Of a stretch of DNA of 64,000 nt, positions 42,825-55,137 are shown one piece after another. The DNA is from Gammaproteobacteria bacterium. Its GTDB lineage: Bacteria > Pseudomonadota > Gammaproteobacteria > GCA-001735895. How positions within the stretch are numbered: the first letter of the stretch is position 1; every line of letters begins with the position of its first letter. The notes beneath the pieces were generated by a model, which ran no database searches, was not told where the DNA came from, and saw only the letters and a list, made by a program, of their open reading frames with translations. Both the position numbers and the translations under genes were made by a program. The stretch covers positions 1 through 64,000 of the forward strand of contig JBNKUM010000076.1 of the NCBI GenBank assembly GCA_050298595.1, given 5' to 3'.

Positions 42825-43418
42825 TCAGTCAGCTAGCGTTAGACCCGTAGTATCAGGCGGTGGGGGTGGGGGGGACTTATCGCCATTGCTTAGAACACTG
42901 CCTAGTGGAGCAACATCAAAACCAGTAATATCAATATCAGGCTCAGGATCTTCTTTAATCTGGTGCTGCATCATACTACCAACTGGAGCAATATCCGCTT
43001 CCAGATCAGGGATTTCTTCACCCCTCACACCTAATGGTTCAGTCAATAATGCCTGTGGAATCTGTTCTGACTCGGGATAACGGCTGGCGTATTCCTGAGC
43101 GGATTCAACCCTGGAAGCAGGGCTGCTGGTAACGGGGGAAGCGGGTGGTGATTGCTGCTGTACTGGATCTTCAGCTTCTGCCTTGCCAATTCTCGATACC
43201 TCACAGACAGCACCTGCTTTTTCAAAAGCACCGCGATATTTTGCAGCAGTTGCCGCATCCACCGCACGCTTGATAACCATGCGCTTGCCGGAAAACAATT
43301 GCGCCAACCTGGCCTCATCGGCTTTGAATATTATTGCAATATGCTGTTTAACGGTTGCCAGATCAGCGCCATCGGCTATCTGACCGCTGAATGCAATCTC
43401 AAATAATTGATCACTCAT
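42825..43418 (-). CDS. Hypothetical protein with Pro-rich linker and repeated D(I/V)AP(V/L)GS motif
   Basis: GAGGAGG SD before MSDQLF; DIAPVGS and DVAPLGS repeats. Confidence 0.75.
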   Translation of the reverse strand: MSDQLFEIAFSGQIADGADLATVKQHIAIIFKADEARLAQLFSGKRMVIKRAVDAATAAKYRGAFEKAGAVCEVSRIGKAEAEDPVQQQSPPASPVTSSPASRVESAQEYASRYPESEQIPQALLTEPLGVRGEEIPDLEADIAPVGSMMQHQIKEDPEPDIDITGFDVAPLGSVLSNGDKSPPPPPPDTTGLTLAD

Positions 43419-43449
43419 GCTATGCCTCCTCAAGCATTTTTCTAATTAT

Positions 43450-43499
43450 AACCTGAATACGTAGCGTCAGGGACCTGCATGAAGCTACGAATTCAGGTT
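43450..43499. repeat. Long imperfect palindrome downstream of bioF
   Basis: AACCTGAATACGTAGCGTCA / TGAAGCTACGAATTCAGGTT, 20-bp stem with 2 mismatches. Confidence 0.65.
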
Positions 43500-43521
43500 T
43501 ATCGTAAGCATAGTTCGAATT

Positions 43522-44691
43522 TCATTGATTGCGCAGCAACCCGGATAAGGTTTTTAACAAGCGGTCAATATGAGAGAATTCATGTGCTGCACTCAGGGTA
43601 ATACGCAGTCGCGCACTACCATCAGGTACTGTGGGTGGGCGTATAGCAGCGACATGCACACCTTGATCAAATAATTGCTGACTAATACCAAGACAGGCAT
43701 GATTATCACCAATAACTACAGGCTGAATAGCAGTATCGGAAGGCATGAGTGCAATCTCCAGTAAGGCCGCCTGTTGTTTGAAATAGCTGATATTGTGCTG
43801 CAATTTTTCCCTGCGCCAGCCTTCATGCTGAATGAGATCGATACTTTTTATCACCGCCGCTGAAACTGCTGGTGGGCTGGCGGTGGTATAGATATAGCTG
43901 CGCGCGCGCTGAATCAGGGTTTCGATCAATACATCATTGCCGGCCACAAAGGCACCACTAACCCCCACAGCCTTACCCAGAGTAGCCATCAAAATTGGCA
44001 CCTGTTGTTGCGTAACATGTTCTGCCTCGCACAGACCAGCGCCTGTTTCACCCAGCACACCAAAGCCATGTGCATCGTCAATCATCAACCAGCTATCGCT
44101 TTGCAGGGCTAGCTTTGCCATCTGTTTGATATCGGCACAATCCCCATCCATACTAAAAACCGCATCGGTCATAATCAGGCGTCGAGCATCGGGTTTATCC
44201 CGCTGAGCCTGTTGTAGCTGCTGGTCTAACTGAGTGAGATCATTATGTGCATAGCGTAAAAACCTGGCTCGTGAGAGCTGTGCTGCATCGATCAACGAAG
44301 CGTGATTGAGCTTATCCTGAAATACAAAATCGTTACGCGATAGTAATGCCGAAGTAATCGCCAGATTGGCCATATAGCCTGTGCTAAATAACAGGGCGCG
44401 CTCACGACCGGTAAATTCAGCAAGCTTGTGCTCACAGTCATGATGTAACTGGCTGTGACCATTGACCAGATGCGCCGAACCGCTACCAACACCGAAGTGC
44501 TCAGTGGCATCTTTAAAAGCCTGTTTGATGGCTGGATGATTAGCCAGCCCCAGATAGTCATTGCTGCAAAAAGACAGCAGTTTTTGACCATTGACCTGAC
44601 TTTCGACTGATTGTGCAGATTCCATCACCAGGCGGCGACGGTATAAGCCCTGTTCCTTGCGCTTCTGTAGATCAGCTTCAAGTTTATCCAT
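43522..44691 (-). CDS. bioF: 8-amino-7-oxononanoate synthase
   Basis: SNDYLG, NHAS, DDAHG, TLGKA, AIRPPTVP. Confidence 0.96.
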   Translation of the reverse strand: MDKLEADLQKRKEQGLYRRRLVMESAQSVESQVNGQKLLSFCSNDYLGLANHPAIKQAFKDATEHFGVGSGSAHLVNGHSQLHHDCEHKLAEFTGRERALLFSTGYMANLAITSALLSRNDFVFQDKLNHASLIDAAQLSRARFLRYAHNDLTQLDQQLQQAQRDKPDARRLIMTDAVFSMDGDCADIKQMAKLALQSDSWLMIDDAHGFGVLGETGAGLCEAEHVTQQQVPILMATLGKAVGVSGAFVAGNDVLIETLIQRARSYIYTTASPPAVSAAVIKSIDLIQHEGWRREKLQHNISYFKQQAALLEIALMPSDTAIQPVVIGDNHACLGISQQLFDQGVHVAAIRPPTVPDGSARLRITLSAAHEFSHIDRLLKTLSGLLRNQ

Positions 44692-44697
44692 TATTTA

Positions 44698-45678
44698 TCA
44701 TGCCGCTGATTGCTGAGCCTCTTTTAAAGCTTCTGGCTTAATACCCAGGCGCTCGAATAATTCAAGATCCTTGTTCTCGGAGGGGTTTTCTGTTGTAAGC
44801 AGCTTCTCGCCATAAAAAATAGAGTTCGCGCCTGCAAAGAAACACATCGCCTGCATTTCATCGCTCATATCATTTCGCCCAGCTGACAAACGTACCGCAG
44901 ATTTTGGCATCAGTATCCTGGCCACCGCGATAGTGCGTACAAAAACCAGAGGATCCAGCGTATCAATGCCATATAGCGGGGTATTCTTCACCTGTACCAG
45001 CAGGTTAATCGGCACAGATTCAGGATGACGCGGCATATTCGCCAGTTGCTGCAACAGGCTGGCTCGATCCTGTTCATCTTCACCCATACCTATAATACCG
45101 CCACTACAGACATTGATATTTTCATCCTGTACATGTTTCAGCGTATCCAGGCGATCCTGGTAGGTACGCGTGGTAATAATTTCGCCGTAGTACTCAGGCG
45201 AGGTATCCAGATTATGATTGTAATAATCCAGACCGGCCTGTTTCAGTTTAGCCGTTTGCTGTTTGGTCAACATACCCAGGGTGACACAGGTTTCCATGCC
45301 CAGATCTTTAACCACCGAAATCATTTCAATCACAGAATCGAGATTTCTATCGGTTGGATTACGCCATGCAGCCCCCATACAGAAACGAGTAGCACCATTT
45401 TTCTTTGCCGTTAGAGCAGCCTGTTTGACTTCCTCTAAAGCCAGTAAACGTTCTTTTTCCAGCTCAGTATCATGCTTTGAACTCTGCGGACAGTAAGAGC
45501 AATCCTCCGGGCAGGCACCGGTTTTTATGCTCAATAATGAACTGATCTGTACCGTGTTTGGATCAAAGTTCTGTCTATGTATGGTATGCGCCTGAAACAA
45601 TAAATCGTTGAAAGGTAGATCAAAAAGTGCTTTGATTTCAGGCAGGGTCCAATTGTGGCGCAGTGTGGTATCAGTCAT
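44698..45678 (-). CDS. bioB: Biotin synthase
   Basis: [31 protein letters not shown]. Confidence 0.97.
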   Translation of the reverse strand: MTDTTLRHNWTLPEIKALFDLPFNDLLFQAHTIHRQNFDPNTVQISSLLSIKTGACPEDCSYCPQSSKHDTELEKERLLALEEVKQAALTAKKNGATRFCMGAAWRNPTDRNLDSVIEMISVVKDLGMETCVTLGMLTKQQTAKLKQAGLDYYNHNLDTSPEYYGEIITTRTYQDRLDTLKHVQDENINVCSGGIIGMGEDEQDRASLLQQLANMPRHPESVPINLLVQVKNTPLYGIDTLDPLVFVRTIAVARILMPKSAVRLSAGRNDMSDEMQAMCFFAGANSIFYGEKLLTTENPSENKDLELFERLGIKPEALKEAQQSAA

Positions 45679-45736
45679 CAGACAAACCGGCAATTCAAAA
45701 AGGCCCACCAGTCTATTCAATGCTTAGGATTAGTCA

Positions 45737-46453
45737 ATGTCAGGAAGACGAATATATCTCAATATCAGACATAAATTAGGCCGTATACTGAATCCGGCCT
45801 TATGTCAGATATGTGGTATCCCTGTTTCAGCTAATACCAGTTACTGCCGGCATTGCTGGGCGGGGTTTGATCGAGTACATAATGCCTGCGTCCTGTGCGG
45901 TCTACCCAATCATGCCAGCGGTACTATTTGCCCGGCCTGCCTGCATACCCCTCCTCCCTGGCAGTACATGTGTGCCCCCCTGGTCTATTCAGGCCATACG
46001 CGTGATGAAATACATCGCCTTAAATATTTATACCGAATAGAGTTAGCTCAGACACTGCTAAAACGACTACATCCTGAATTTAAAACTGAGGGCAAGATAG
46101 AAGCGTTGATACCTGTTCCATTGCATAGATCACGACTATTGGAACGCGGCTTTAATCAATCAGAAGAAATAGCTCGAATTTTATCAGATTATCTAAACAT
46201 CCCTCTGGACAGGCAGTGCCTTAAACGCATCCGTGCAACACAGCCCCAGACCGGATTGAGCCCTTCCAAACGACGAAATAACATCAGACGAGCTTTTGAA
46301 TACGCCCCAAACAAATCCTATCAAACGGTCGCCATTATCGATGACGTAATAACCAGCGGCAGCACTATGAGTGAAATTTGCCGATTATTGCATCGAAAAG
46401 GAGTTCAGCATATAGAGGTCTGGAGTCTGGCCAGAACCTTAAAAAGTACCTGA
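45737..46453 (+). CDS. comF: ComF-family phosphoribosyltransferase-like protein
   Basis: N-terminal CxxC zinc ribbons; RGFNQ; IDDVITSGST; divergent from bioB. Confidence 0.88.
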   Translation: MSGRRIYLNIRHKLGRILNPALCQICGIPVSANTSYCRHCWAGFDRVHNACVLCGLPNHASGTICPACLHTPPPWQYMCAPLVYSGHTRDEIHRLKYLYRIELAQTLLKRLHPEFKTEGKIEALIPVPLHRSRLLERGFNQSEEIARILSDYLNIPLDRQCLKRIRATQPQTGLSPSKRRNNIRRAFEYAPNKSYQTVAIIDDVITSGSTMSEICRLLHRKGVQHIEVWSLARTLKST

Positions 46454-46473
46454 GCATCGCTTCCAGTTAAACC

Positions 46474-48117
46474 TCAAACCCTGAACTTCTCTACCAACCC
46501 TTTCAATTCTGCCGCAATATGAGTTAACTCGATTCCAGCCTGATAGGTTTGTTCCACTGTCTCGGCATTATGTTTGGCCATATCGCTGATGCGGACTACA
46601 TTGTTTTCCATATTTTCAGCTACGGCACTCTGCTCCTGAGTCGCAGCGGCAATATGCCCACTCATGACATCAATGCGAGATACTGACTCCGCTATGGTTG
46701 TTAGCGATCCTCCGGCCAGTTCGGCCTGATCCACCACAGAGTAGGTTTTTTCACGACTTTGCTCCATCGCTCTAACCGATTCACGTGCTCCGGTTTGCAG
46801 CTTATCAATAATACTATTGATCTCTTCGGTTGATTGCTGAGTTCGACCCGCCAGGGTTCTAACCTCATCTGCCACCACCGCAAAGCCTCTCCCCTGTTCA
46901 CCCGCTCGCGCAGCTTCAATGGCTGCATTTAATGCCAGCAAGTTAGTTTGCTCGGCTATACCTTTAATAACATCCAGAACCGTATTGATGTTTTCACTAT
47001 CCTTCTCAACATTCTGGATCAGACCAGAGGTCTTTTCTATCAATTCGGCAAGATGCTGAATTCCCTTGATGGCATCATGTACCAGCTTACTTCCCTTCTC
47101 GGTTTCAGTATTGGCAGCATTGGCTGCATTAGCCGAATCGGTAACACTTTGTAATACCTCTCGAACAGCAGAACTCATTTCTCCCATTGCCGAGGAGATC
47201 TGCTCGGTTTCCTGGTGCTGCTGCTGGATATTTTCGTTGGTCTTCATCATCACGGTGGAAACCTGCTGCGACATCGCTGATAGCTGCTGGGTGGTGGTAC
47301 TAATTTTTGTGATCATTTCCAGCAATCTCTGCTGCATGGATTTCAGCCCTCGCATCAAATCACCGAATTCATCCTTCCGGGTAACATTTATGGTTGAGGT
47401 TAAATCACCATCGGCGACCTTTTTCAGTTGTTCTAAAAACGTAGGCAAACAGGTCAGTATGCGCGACATAATCAGATACACCAGCCCGATACCAGCCAAA
47501 ACTATTATTGAGCCTATGATGATGGAGCGAACAGAAGAGGTGGTGAGTTTTTTCTGTTTCAAAAGAATTGCTTCTGTCTTCTGCTCTACCTCGGCCAGAA
47601 AACCATCTACTTCTTCAGACATTTTTGCGGCGACTTCGTCGAACGAAGCCATCATTTTGTTACCACCTTCTGGCCCTGTATCTATATAGGATTGAGCCAT
47701 TTTTTTGCCAGTTTCATAATAGGCATTAAATACCGGCGTCATAGCCCGATATCTATCGGCACCCTCTGTATCCAGTTGGACCAATTCATCTACCAGTTGA
47801 TGAAATATTCTGGCATTATTCTCAGCCTCATCAAATCCATCGTTCAAGCCATCGCGACCACGGGTTGCGCTAATATCGCTTAGCCATTGCTGAACCTGAA
47901 CCACTGCGAGTTTCATCCGGTGAGCATTATTGAGTATCGGTATGTTTTTTTCTGCAAGCATGAAGGTTTCATCATTAATCTTCATATTATCCAGCACAAT
48001 AACCGAGCCCTCGACGATGACTACCAGTGCAAGAAAAAGTGATAACAGAAGAAACCGAGTAGACAGTTTGATGCTATTTATCGAAGCCATTTTTTTCCAT
48101 GTAATACCAAGAAACAA
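46474..48117 (-). CDS. Methyl-accepting chemotaxis protein (2 TM, HAMP)
   Basis: TM-periplasmic-TM, [32 protein letters not shown]. Confidence 0.95.
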   Translation of the reverse strand: MFLGITWKKMASINSIKLSTRFLLLSLFLALVVIVEGSVIVLDNMKINDETFMLAEKNIPILNNAHRMKLAVVQVQQWLSDISATRGRDGLNDGFDEAENNARIFHQLVDELVQLDTEGADRYRAMTPVFNAYYETGKKMAQSYIDTGPEGGNKMMASFDEVAAKMSEEVDGFLAEVEQKTEAILLKQKKLTTSSVRSIIIGSIIVLAGIGLVYLIMSRILTCLPTFLEQLKKVADGDLTSTINVTRKDEFGDLMRGLKSMQQRLLEMITKISTTTQQLSAMSQQVSTVMMKTNENIQQQHQETEQISSAMGEMSSAVREVLQSVTDSANAANAANTETEKGSKLVHDAIKGIQHLAELIEKTSGLIQNVEKDSENINTVLDVIKGIAEQTNLLALNAAIEAARAGEQGRGFAVVADEVRTLAGRTQQSTEEINSIIDKLQTGARESVRAMEQSREKTYSVVDQAELAGGSLTTIAESVSRIDVMSGHIAAATQEQSAVAENMENNVVRISDMAKHNAETVEQTYQAGIELTHIAAELKGLVEKFRV

Positions 48118-48263
48118 AAAGGATCATTTCAATGATCCCAATATGATTTTTTTATTAGAATTTATCTAGATTACCTTAGCAGGGATTTATTGTTTTTTCG
48201 GAAAAACCAGATAAAACTTTAAAAAATGTTTCGAATATCAGATAGCAGCCACTGAGCTCAGTG

Positions 48264-49133
48264 TTATGCCATATAGTAGTGCGCCATAATCCCGTAAAAC
48301 ACCACAGCCCCCACCCAGTGGTTATGCAGAAAAGCATGGAAGCAGTATTCGGGTAAACGGTTTTGAATCATTACCTGTTCATAGGCGAGAAGTATGGCCG
48401 CAAAAATCAAACCAATATAATAAACAGGGGTGAATTCCAGGTTTACTCCAATCAGCCACATGGTCAATATAAACAGAAACTGCAAAATTCCGATAATCAA
48501 TTTATCCGCATCACCAAACAAGATAGCGGTCGATTTCACACCGATTTTTAAATCATCCTCACGGTCGGCCATGCCGTACATGGTGTCGTAAGCCACGGTC
48601 CATAACAGATTTGCGGTATACAAGAGCCAGGTAATACTGTTCACCTCACCGGTTTGCGCTGCCCATGCCATAGGCACCCCCCAGCCAAAAGCTGCACCAA
48701 GATGCACCTGTGGCAGATAATGATAACGTTTCATAAAAGGATAACTGGCAGCCAGCAATACACCACCGACTGAGAGATAAATAGTAAAGGTATTCAGCGT
48801 AAGCACCAGCAAAAACGCTACTAAGGCCAAAACAGAAAACACCACCAAGGCTTCTTTATCGCTGATCTTGCCGCTGGTTAATGGACGCTCCCTGGTACGG
48901 GTTACATGCAGATCTATATGACGATCAGCATAATCATTTATTGCACAGCCTGCCGAACGCATCAGAAAAACCCCAACCACAAATACGAACAAAACCCATA
49001 GATCAGGCCGTCCTTCAGAAGCCATAGCCAGTGACCACAGGGTTGGCCACAAAAGCAGATAGGTTCCAATCGGGCGGTCGAGCCGAATCAATTGCGCGTA
49101 AAATTTTAACTTTTCGAGAATATGCGACAGCAT
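48264..49133 (-). CDS. ubiA: 4-hydroxybenzoate polyprenyltransferase
   Basis: RLDRPIG, NDYADR, YDTMYGMADREDD. Confidence 0.96.
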   Translation of the reverse strand: MLSHILEKLKFYAQLIRLDRPIGTYLLLWPTLWSLAMASEGRPDLWVLFVFVVGVFLMRSAGCAINDYADRHIDLHVTRTRERPLTSGKISDKEALVVFSVLALVAFLLVLTLNTFTIYLSVGGVLLAASYPFMKRYHYLPQVHLGAAFGWGVPMAWAAQTGEVNSITWLLYTANLLWTVAYDTMYGMADREDDLKIGVKSTAILFGDADKLIIGILQFLFILTMWLIGVNLEFTPVYYIGLIFAAILLAYEQVMIQNRLPEYCFHAFLHNHWVGAVVFYGIMAHYYMA

Positions 49134-49196
49134 GATGGATGATTGTAATCTGTAAGTTAGTTACACTAGCCCAACATTTTATCACAGGGCTTAGTA

Positions 49197-49721
49197 ATGA
49201 TCCGTGCCTTTGAATCGAAACTACCGCAAATACCTGACTCCTGCTTCATTGACCCTCAGGCAAGCATCATCGGTGACGTTACACTGGGCGAAGATTGCTC
49301 AGTATGGCCCATGACGGTAATACGAGGAGATGTAAACTACATACGCATAGGCAAATGCAGCAATATACAGGATGGTAGCGTATTGCATGTGAGCCATGCG
49401 GGAGAATACAACCCCGATGGTGCCGCACTAATCATTGGCGACTACGTCACTGTCGGACATAAAGTTCTGCTACATGCCTGCACCATTGGCAATGACTGCC
49501 TGATCGGCATGGGTTCTATCGTGATGGATAATGCAGTCATTGAAGACCAGGTTATGTTAGGTGCAGGCTCTCTGGTAGCACCGGGTAAAACATTGCAAAG
49601 TGGATATCTGTATCTGGGTAACCCCTGTAAACAGGTACGCAAACTCAAACCACGTGAGCTAGAATTCCTGCGTTATTCGGCGGAGCATTACCAACGTCTG
49701 ATGCAACGTCATAAACAATAA
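49197..49721 (+). CDS. Gamma carbonic anhydrase family (YrdA-like)
   Basis: Hexapeptide repeats; RGDVN, NIQDGSVLH, GHKVLLH. Confidence 0.92.
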   Translation: MIRAFESKLPQIPDSCFIDPQASIIGDVTLGEDCSVWPMTVIRGDVNYIRIGKCSNIQDGSVLHVSHAGEYNPDGAALIIGDYVTVGHKVLLHACTIGNDCLIGMGSIVMDNAVIEDQVMLGAGSLVAPGKTLQSGYLYLGNPCKQVRKLKPRELEFLRYSAEHYQRLMQRHKQ

Positions 49722-49762
49722 AATACTTACTGATTTTTATACAAGAAGTTACGGAGTAAAAT

Positions 49763-49927
49763 ATGAAACATTGGGTATGCATAGTATGCGGATTTATCTA
49801 CGACCAGACCGAGGGTCTACCCGAAGAAGGCATCGCACCCGGAACCAGTTGGGATGACATACCCGATGACTGGGTATGCCCGGACTGTGGTGTAGGCAAA
49901 AAAGATTTTGAAATGGTAGCTTTTTAA
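49763..49927 (+). CDS. Rubredoxin (not in the ORF track)
   Basis: GGAG SD; [14 protein letters not shown]...[18 protein letters not shown] (54 aa). Confidence 0.95.
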   Translation: MKHWVCIVCGFIYDQTEGLPEEGIAPGTSWDDIPDDWVCPDCGVGKKDFEMVAF

Positions 49928-50066
49928 TCTAGCAGAATCAGAATATCTTGCACACTTAATCGCTACTACCTGAGATTTATCCGAGGGGAATAACAACTAG
50001 TTCGAATCACTACTGTGTCTCCCTTGCCAATCGAAGAGAATAGAGTGGACTGACCTCCCCTCAATG

Positions 50067-50261
50067 CTATGCCTTAGAAGAAACCTTTCGAGAATATTTG
50101 ATAGACTCTACCTGCTCATTCATATCCTCAATCATTTCCAGCAAAAACCGGGAATGCGCGTTATCCTGTTTTGAACCATTGAGACTAACGCGATCCGAAA
50201 TCTTTCTGATTGTATCTATCAGGGTAATATCTTCGTCGTTTGAATCCGTAGAATAATACAT
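50067..50261 (-). CDS. Small hypothetical protein
   Basis: 64-aa ORF alone in an intergenic gap, AAGG SD-like sequence upstream. Confidence 0.45.
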   Translation of the reverse strand: MYYSTDSNDEDITLIDTIRKISDRVSLNGSKQDNAHSRFLLEMIEDMNEQVESIKYSRKVSSKA

Positions 50262-50493
50262 TTTTCAACCTTCTTCAGTGCTGTTTTCATAACATATATT
50301 GAAGCACCATTAACAATTAATTACTGTGAAGCACGGATAATTTTCCCTGTGAACTGTTTACCATTTATAAGGAATCACCTTAAAAATTTGTTAACCCAAT
50401 CATTCCGAGACAGCCTGTTTAATTTTCAGTTGCAAGACTGGAAAACCTGAGAAATCCATGATGAATCCGTTTGGTAACACTATGTAGTAATAT

Positions 50494-52690
<2,197 letters not shown>

Positions 52691-52732
52691 TCATCGAACT
52701 CTGATACAACCTACGAAACATAGAGCCATCGG

Positions 52733-53338
52733 TTAACTATTACTGTCATCCCAATCATTGCGCAGCCTTTCCAGCCCCAGACGAAATGCTTCCGCATCGC
52801 CATAGTCAAAAAACTTTGCTGTCAATGCATGAGGGTCCTGGCTGCGTCGAGCATGTTTGATTGGACACCAGTATTGCTCTGTCCTTGCGGTAATCGCTCT
52901 GGCGTATTCGATCAGGCCATTACCATAACTACAGTAGATGCAGTTCAGCTTTTCGATCATATTAAGATAGGCCAGGTATTGGTGATCGATCAACAGGAAA
53001 TCCCGTCGCCGTAGCAGAGGAATCCTGTAAACCCTGAAACAGATATGTTGGTAAACAGTGAGCGACAGATCCAGTAGCAACAGTGGAAAAATCATCCCGT
53101 AGATCAACGGTGCTGTCAGGATATAGGCGATAGGCGCATCAGCAATATAACGCCAGACCCCGGTTCTATGCTGCCTCTGTAACAGGCGCATTCTTTTTTT
53201 GAAGATAACCCTGCCACGTTGTAAGTGATATTCAAACTGTTGGCGCTTCTGCTCTAGTAAGCGATCAAGTTCCTTCTCCAGATCACGTTGAGCCTGTTGA
53301 AGCCGAGCCACTATTTCATCAAGTGCTGCTGATCTCAT
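52733..53338 (-). CDS. Hypothetical membrane protein with Cys motifs
   Basis: Coiled coil, TM, LNCIYCSYGNG, YWCPIKHA. Confidence 0.75.
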   Translation of the reverse strand: MRSAALDEIVARLQQAQRDLEKELDRLLEQKRQQFEYHLQRGRVIFKKRMRLLQRQHRTGVWRYIADAPIAYILTAPLIYGMIFPLLLLDLSLTVYQHICFRVYRIPLLRRRDFLLIDHQYLAYLNMIEKLNCIYCSYGNGLIEYARAITARTEQYWCPIKHARRSQDPHALTAKFFDYGDAEAFRLGLERLRNDWDDSNS

Positions 53339-53418
53339 ATCAATTTCTCAGGTTATCGGCAGGAATAATTATTGATCCTGCTGCATGCCTGTCATGCAAA
53401 ACGACAATAATTTCAGCC

Positions 53419-55137
53419 TTATTTGTAAAGCGGTTCGAGTAGCGTACCGGTTTTGGTTGCAGATTGCCTGTTCTGTTGCTGGTTAATTTCACCCAGCAGC
53501 TTAGAAATCAACTCAAAATCAATTTGCTGTTGACTCCCTCCATACAGTACCGCATCCAGTTTTTTTAATTCATGACCCAATGTCTCGGGGACAATTCGGA
53601 CTATATCGGCTAGCGTTTTTACCTGCTGCGAGGAGAATACCGCCTGACCCCAAAGCAGTAGCGCGGAGCGACAGGCTGCAGCATCCTGCTGAAGGCAGGC
53701 TTGCTGTACTTGTTTGAAAAGTGTTTTATGCATAATTGTCACGTCCGTTTTATTGCTATCCTCTGTACGCTTTTTGCTTTTCTCGAACAAAAACCACGCT
53801 GCAGCAGTCGTTAACCAGCCCAATAGTGAGAGTACGGCAAGCCACATCCAGAGAGATTCATCGGCCTCAGGCAAGCTCTGCTGAGCAGCAGGGGCATCTA
53901 GCTCAGGCGGAGTTGTAGGCGCGACAGGTGCGGCATCGGTAGGGGCGACTACCGATGGAGGCTGCGTAGCCGTTGGCGAGGGGACCACCTCGATCACTCG
54001 CTGTGGGATGCGGGCAACTTCACGCTTTTGAGTTTTGGTATTCCACCAGGGTATATCTATCGCCGGCAAGGTCATCTTTCCCGCACGGGTTGGAATAAAC
54101 GCAACCTTTTCCAGACGGTATCCACTCAGGCCAGTATCGTTTTTGATATTTTTCAGTATCGGTTGATCTGGATACTGCTTAAAACCATCGATAGTAACAT
54201 CCGGTAGTACAGGTAATTGTGCTGCACTCAAGCCTTCGGCCTTGATAGACAGGGTACGGGTGAGTGGTTCACCCTGCACAAATTTTGGCGGATTTTCAGC
54301 CCATTGTTCCAGCAACTGGAAATCGCTTGCAGGCAGCCAGGGACTCATATTTGCATTAGCGGGTACATCCATCACTTCGATTTCAATACCATTTGAGCGC
54401 GCACGTACTATCTTGCCTCGCGAAAAGGGATCAAATATAGAGTTAGAGCGAGAACCTGTCTGCCCTTCGGCCAGAGCAGGCTCTAGCTTTAGCGCACCAC
54501 TTTGCTGAGGGAATACGGCAAACTGTTTTTCTACCACCACATAGGGCTGCCCATTAAGGCGCGTCTGGTACTGTTTTTCATCACCTAGCGGTTCGACGAC
54601 AACATCACCCCCGCTAAACTTTAATTCCCCCATCCCATAGGCAGCAAGATTGTAAGCTGAAAATAGTTGCTGTGTAATGACCAGCTGTTGTTGCACATAG
54701 ACTTTTTGCTGATTAACTCTCACCCGTGTAAAAAAGTCTTTCGCCTGTGCATCATTCTGACTCGCTTCATTCACCGTCAATGTATAACTCGGGCTTTTAT
54801 CCGAACCAAAGGGTACTGGGGGTAAAACCAGCTTACCCTGCTGCTTCGCCATGGCAGTTAAGGTCCAGTTCTTTTTACTGCTGTAGCTACCGTTGATAAT
54901 ACTGAGATTACTACTTTGACTTCGGTTTAAAATATCCAGCTGACCTTCCAGCACTGAAAAGTCGGGGTCATCGTCCACATCGCCTTCGGTTTCATAAACC
55001 AGTTGAAACGATTCATTCAAACCCACTGGGTTGCGATCACTACGTACAACAATATTTGCTGCCGACACAGCCGCTGAAAACAGACATAGCTGCAGTAAGC
55101 CTACAGCGATGAGGATAATTCTATTTAGATTCACCAT
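53419..55137 (-). CDS. batD: BatD-family protein
   Basis: Signal peptide, repeated beta domains, WLPA, WWNT, C-terminal TM; position in moxR operon. Confidence 0.85.
   Translation of the reverse strand: MVNLNRIILIAVGLLQLCLFSAAVSAANIVVRSDRNPVGLNESFQLVYETEGDVDDDPDFSVLEGQLDILNRSQSSNLSIINGSYSSKKNWTLTAMAKQQGKLVLPPVPFGSDKSPSYTLTVNEASQNDAQAKDFFTRVRVNQQKVYVQQQLVITQQLFSAYNLAAYGMGELKFSGGDVVVEPLGDEKQYQTRLNGQPYVVVEKQFAVFPQQSGALKLEPALAEGQTGSRSNSIFDPFSRGKIVRARSNGIEIEVMDVPANANMSPWLPASDFQLLEQWAENPPKFVQGEPLTRTLSIKAEGLSAAQLPVLPDVTIDGFKQYPDQPILKNIKNDTGLSGYRLEKVAFIPTRAGKMTLPAIDIPWWNTKTQKREVARIPQRVIEVVPSPTATQPPSVVAPTDAAPVAPTTPPELDAPAAQQSLPEADESLWMWLAVLSLLGWLTTAAAWFLFEKSKKRTEDSNKTDVTIMHKTLFKQVQQACLQQDAAACRSALLLWGQAVFSSQQVKTLADIVRIVPETLGHELKKLDAVLYGGSQQQIDFELISKLLGEINQQQNRQSATKTGTLLEPLYK

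Noticed and set aside
45679-45772. BirA operator at bioB
   Set aside because: Only 5-bp arms (ATGTC/GACAT); the AACC/GGTT core is absent.
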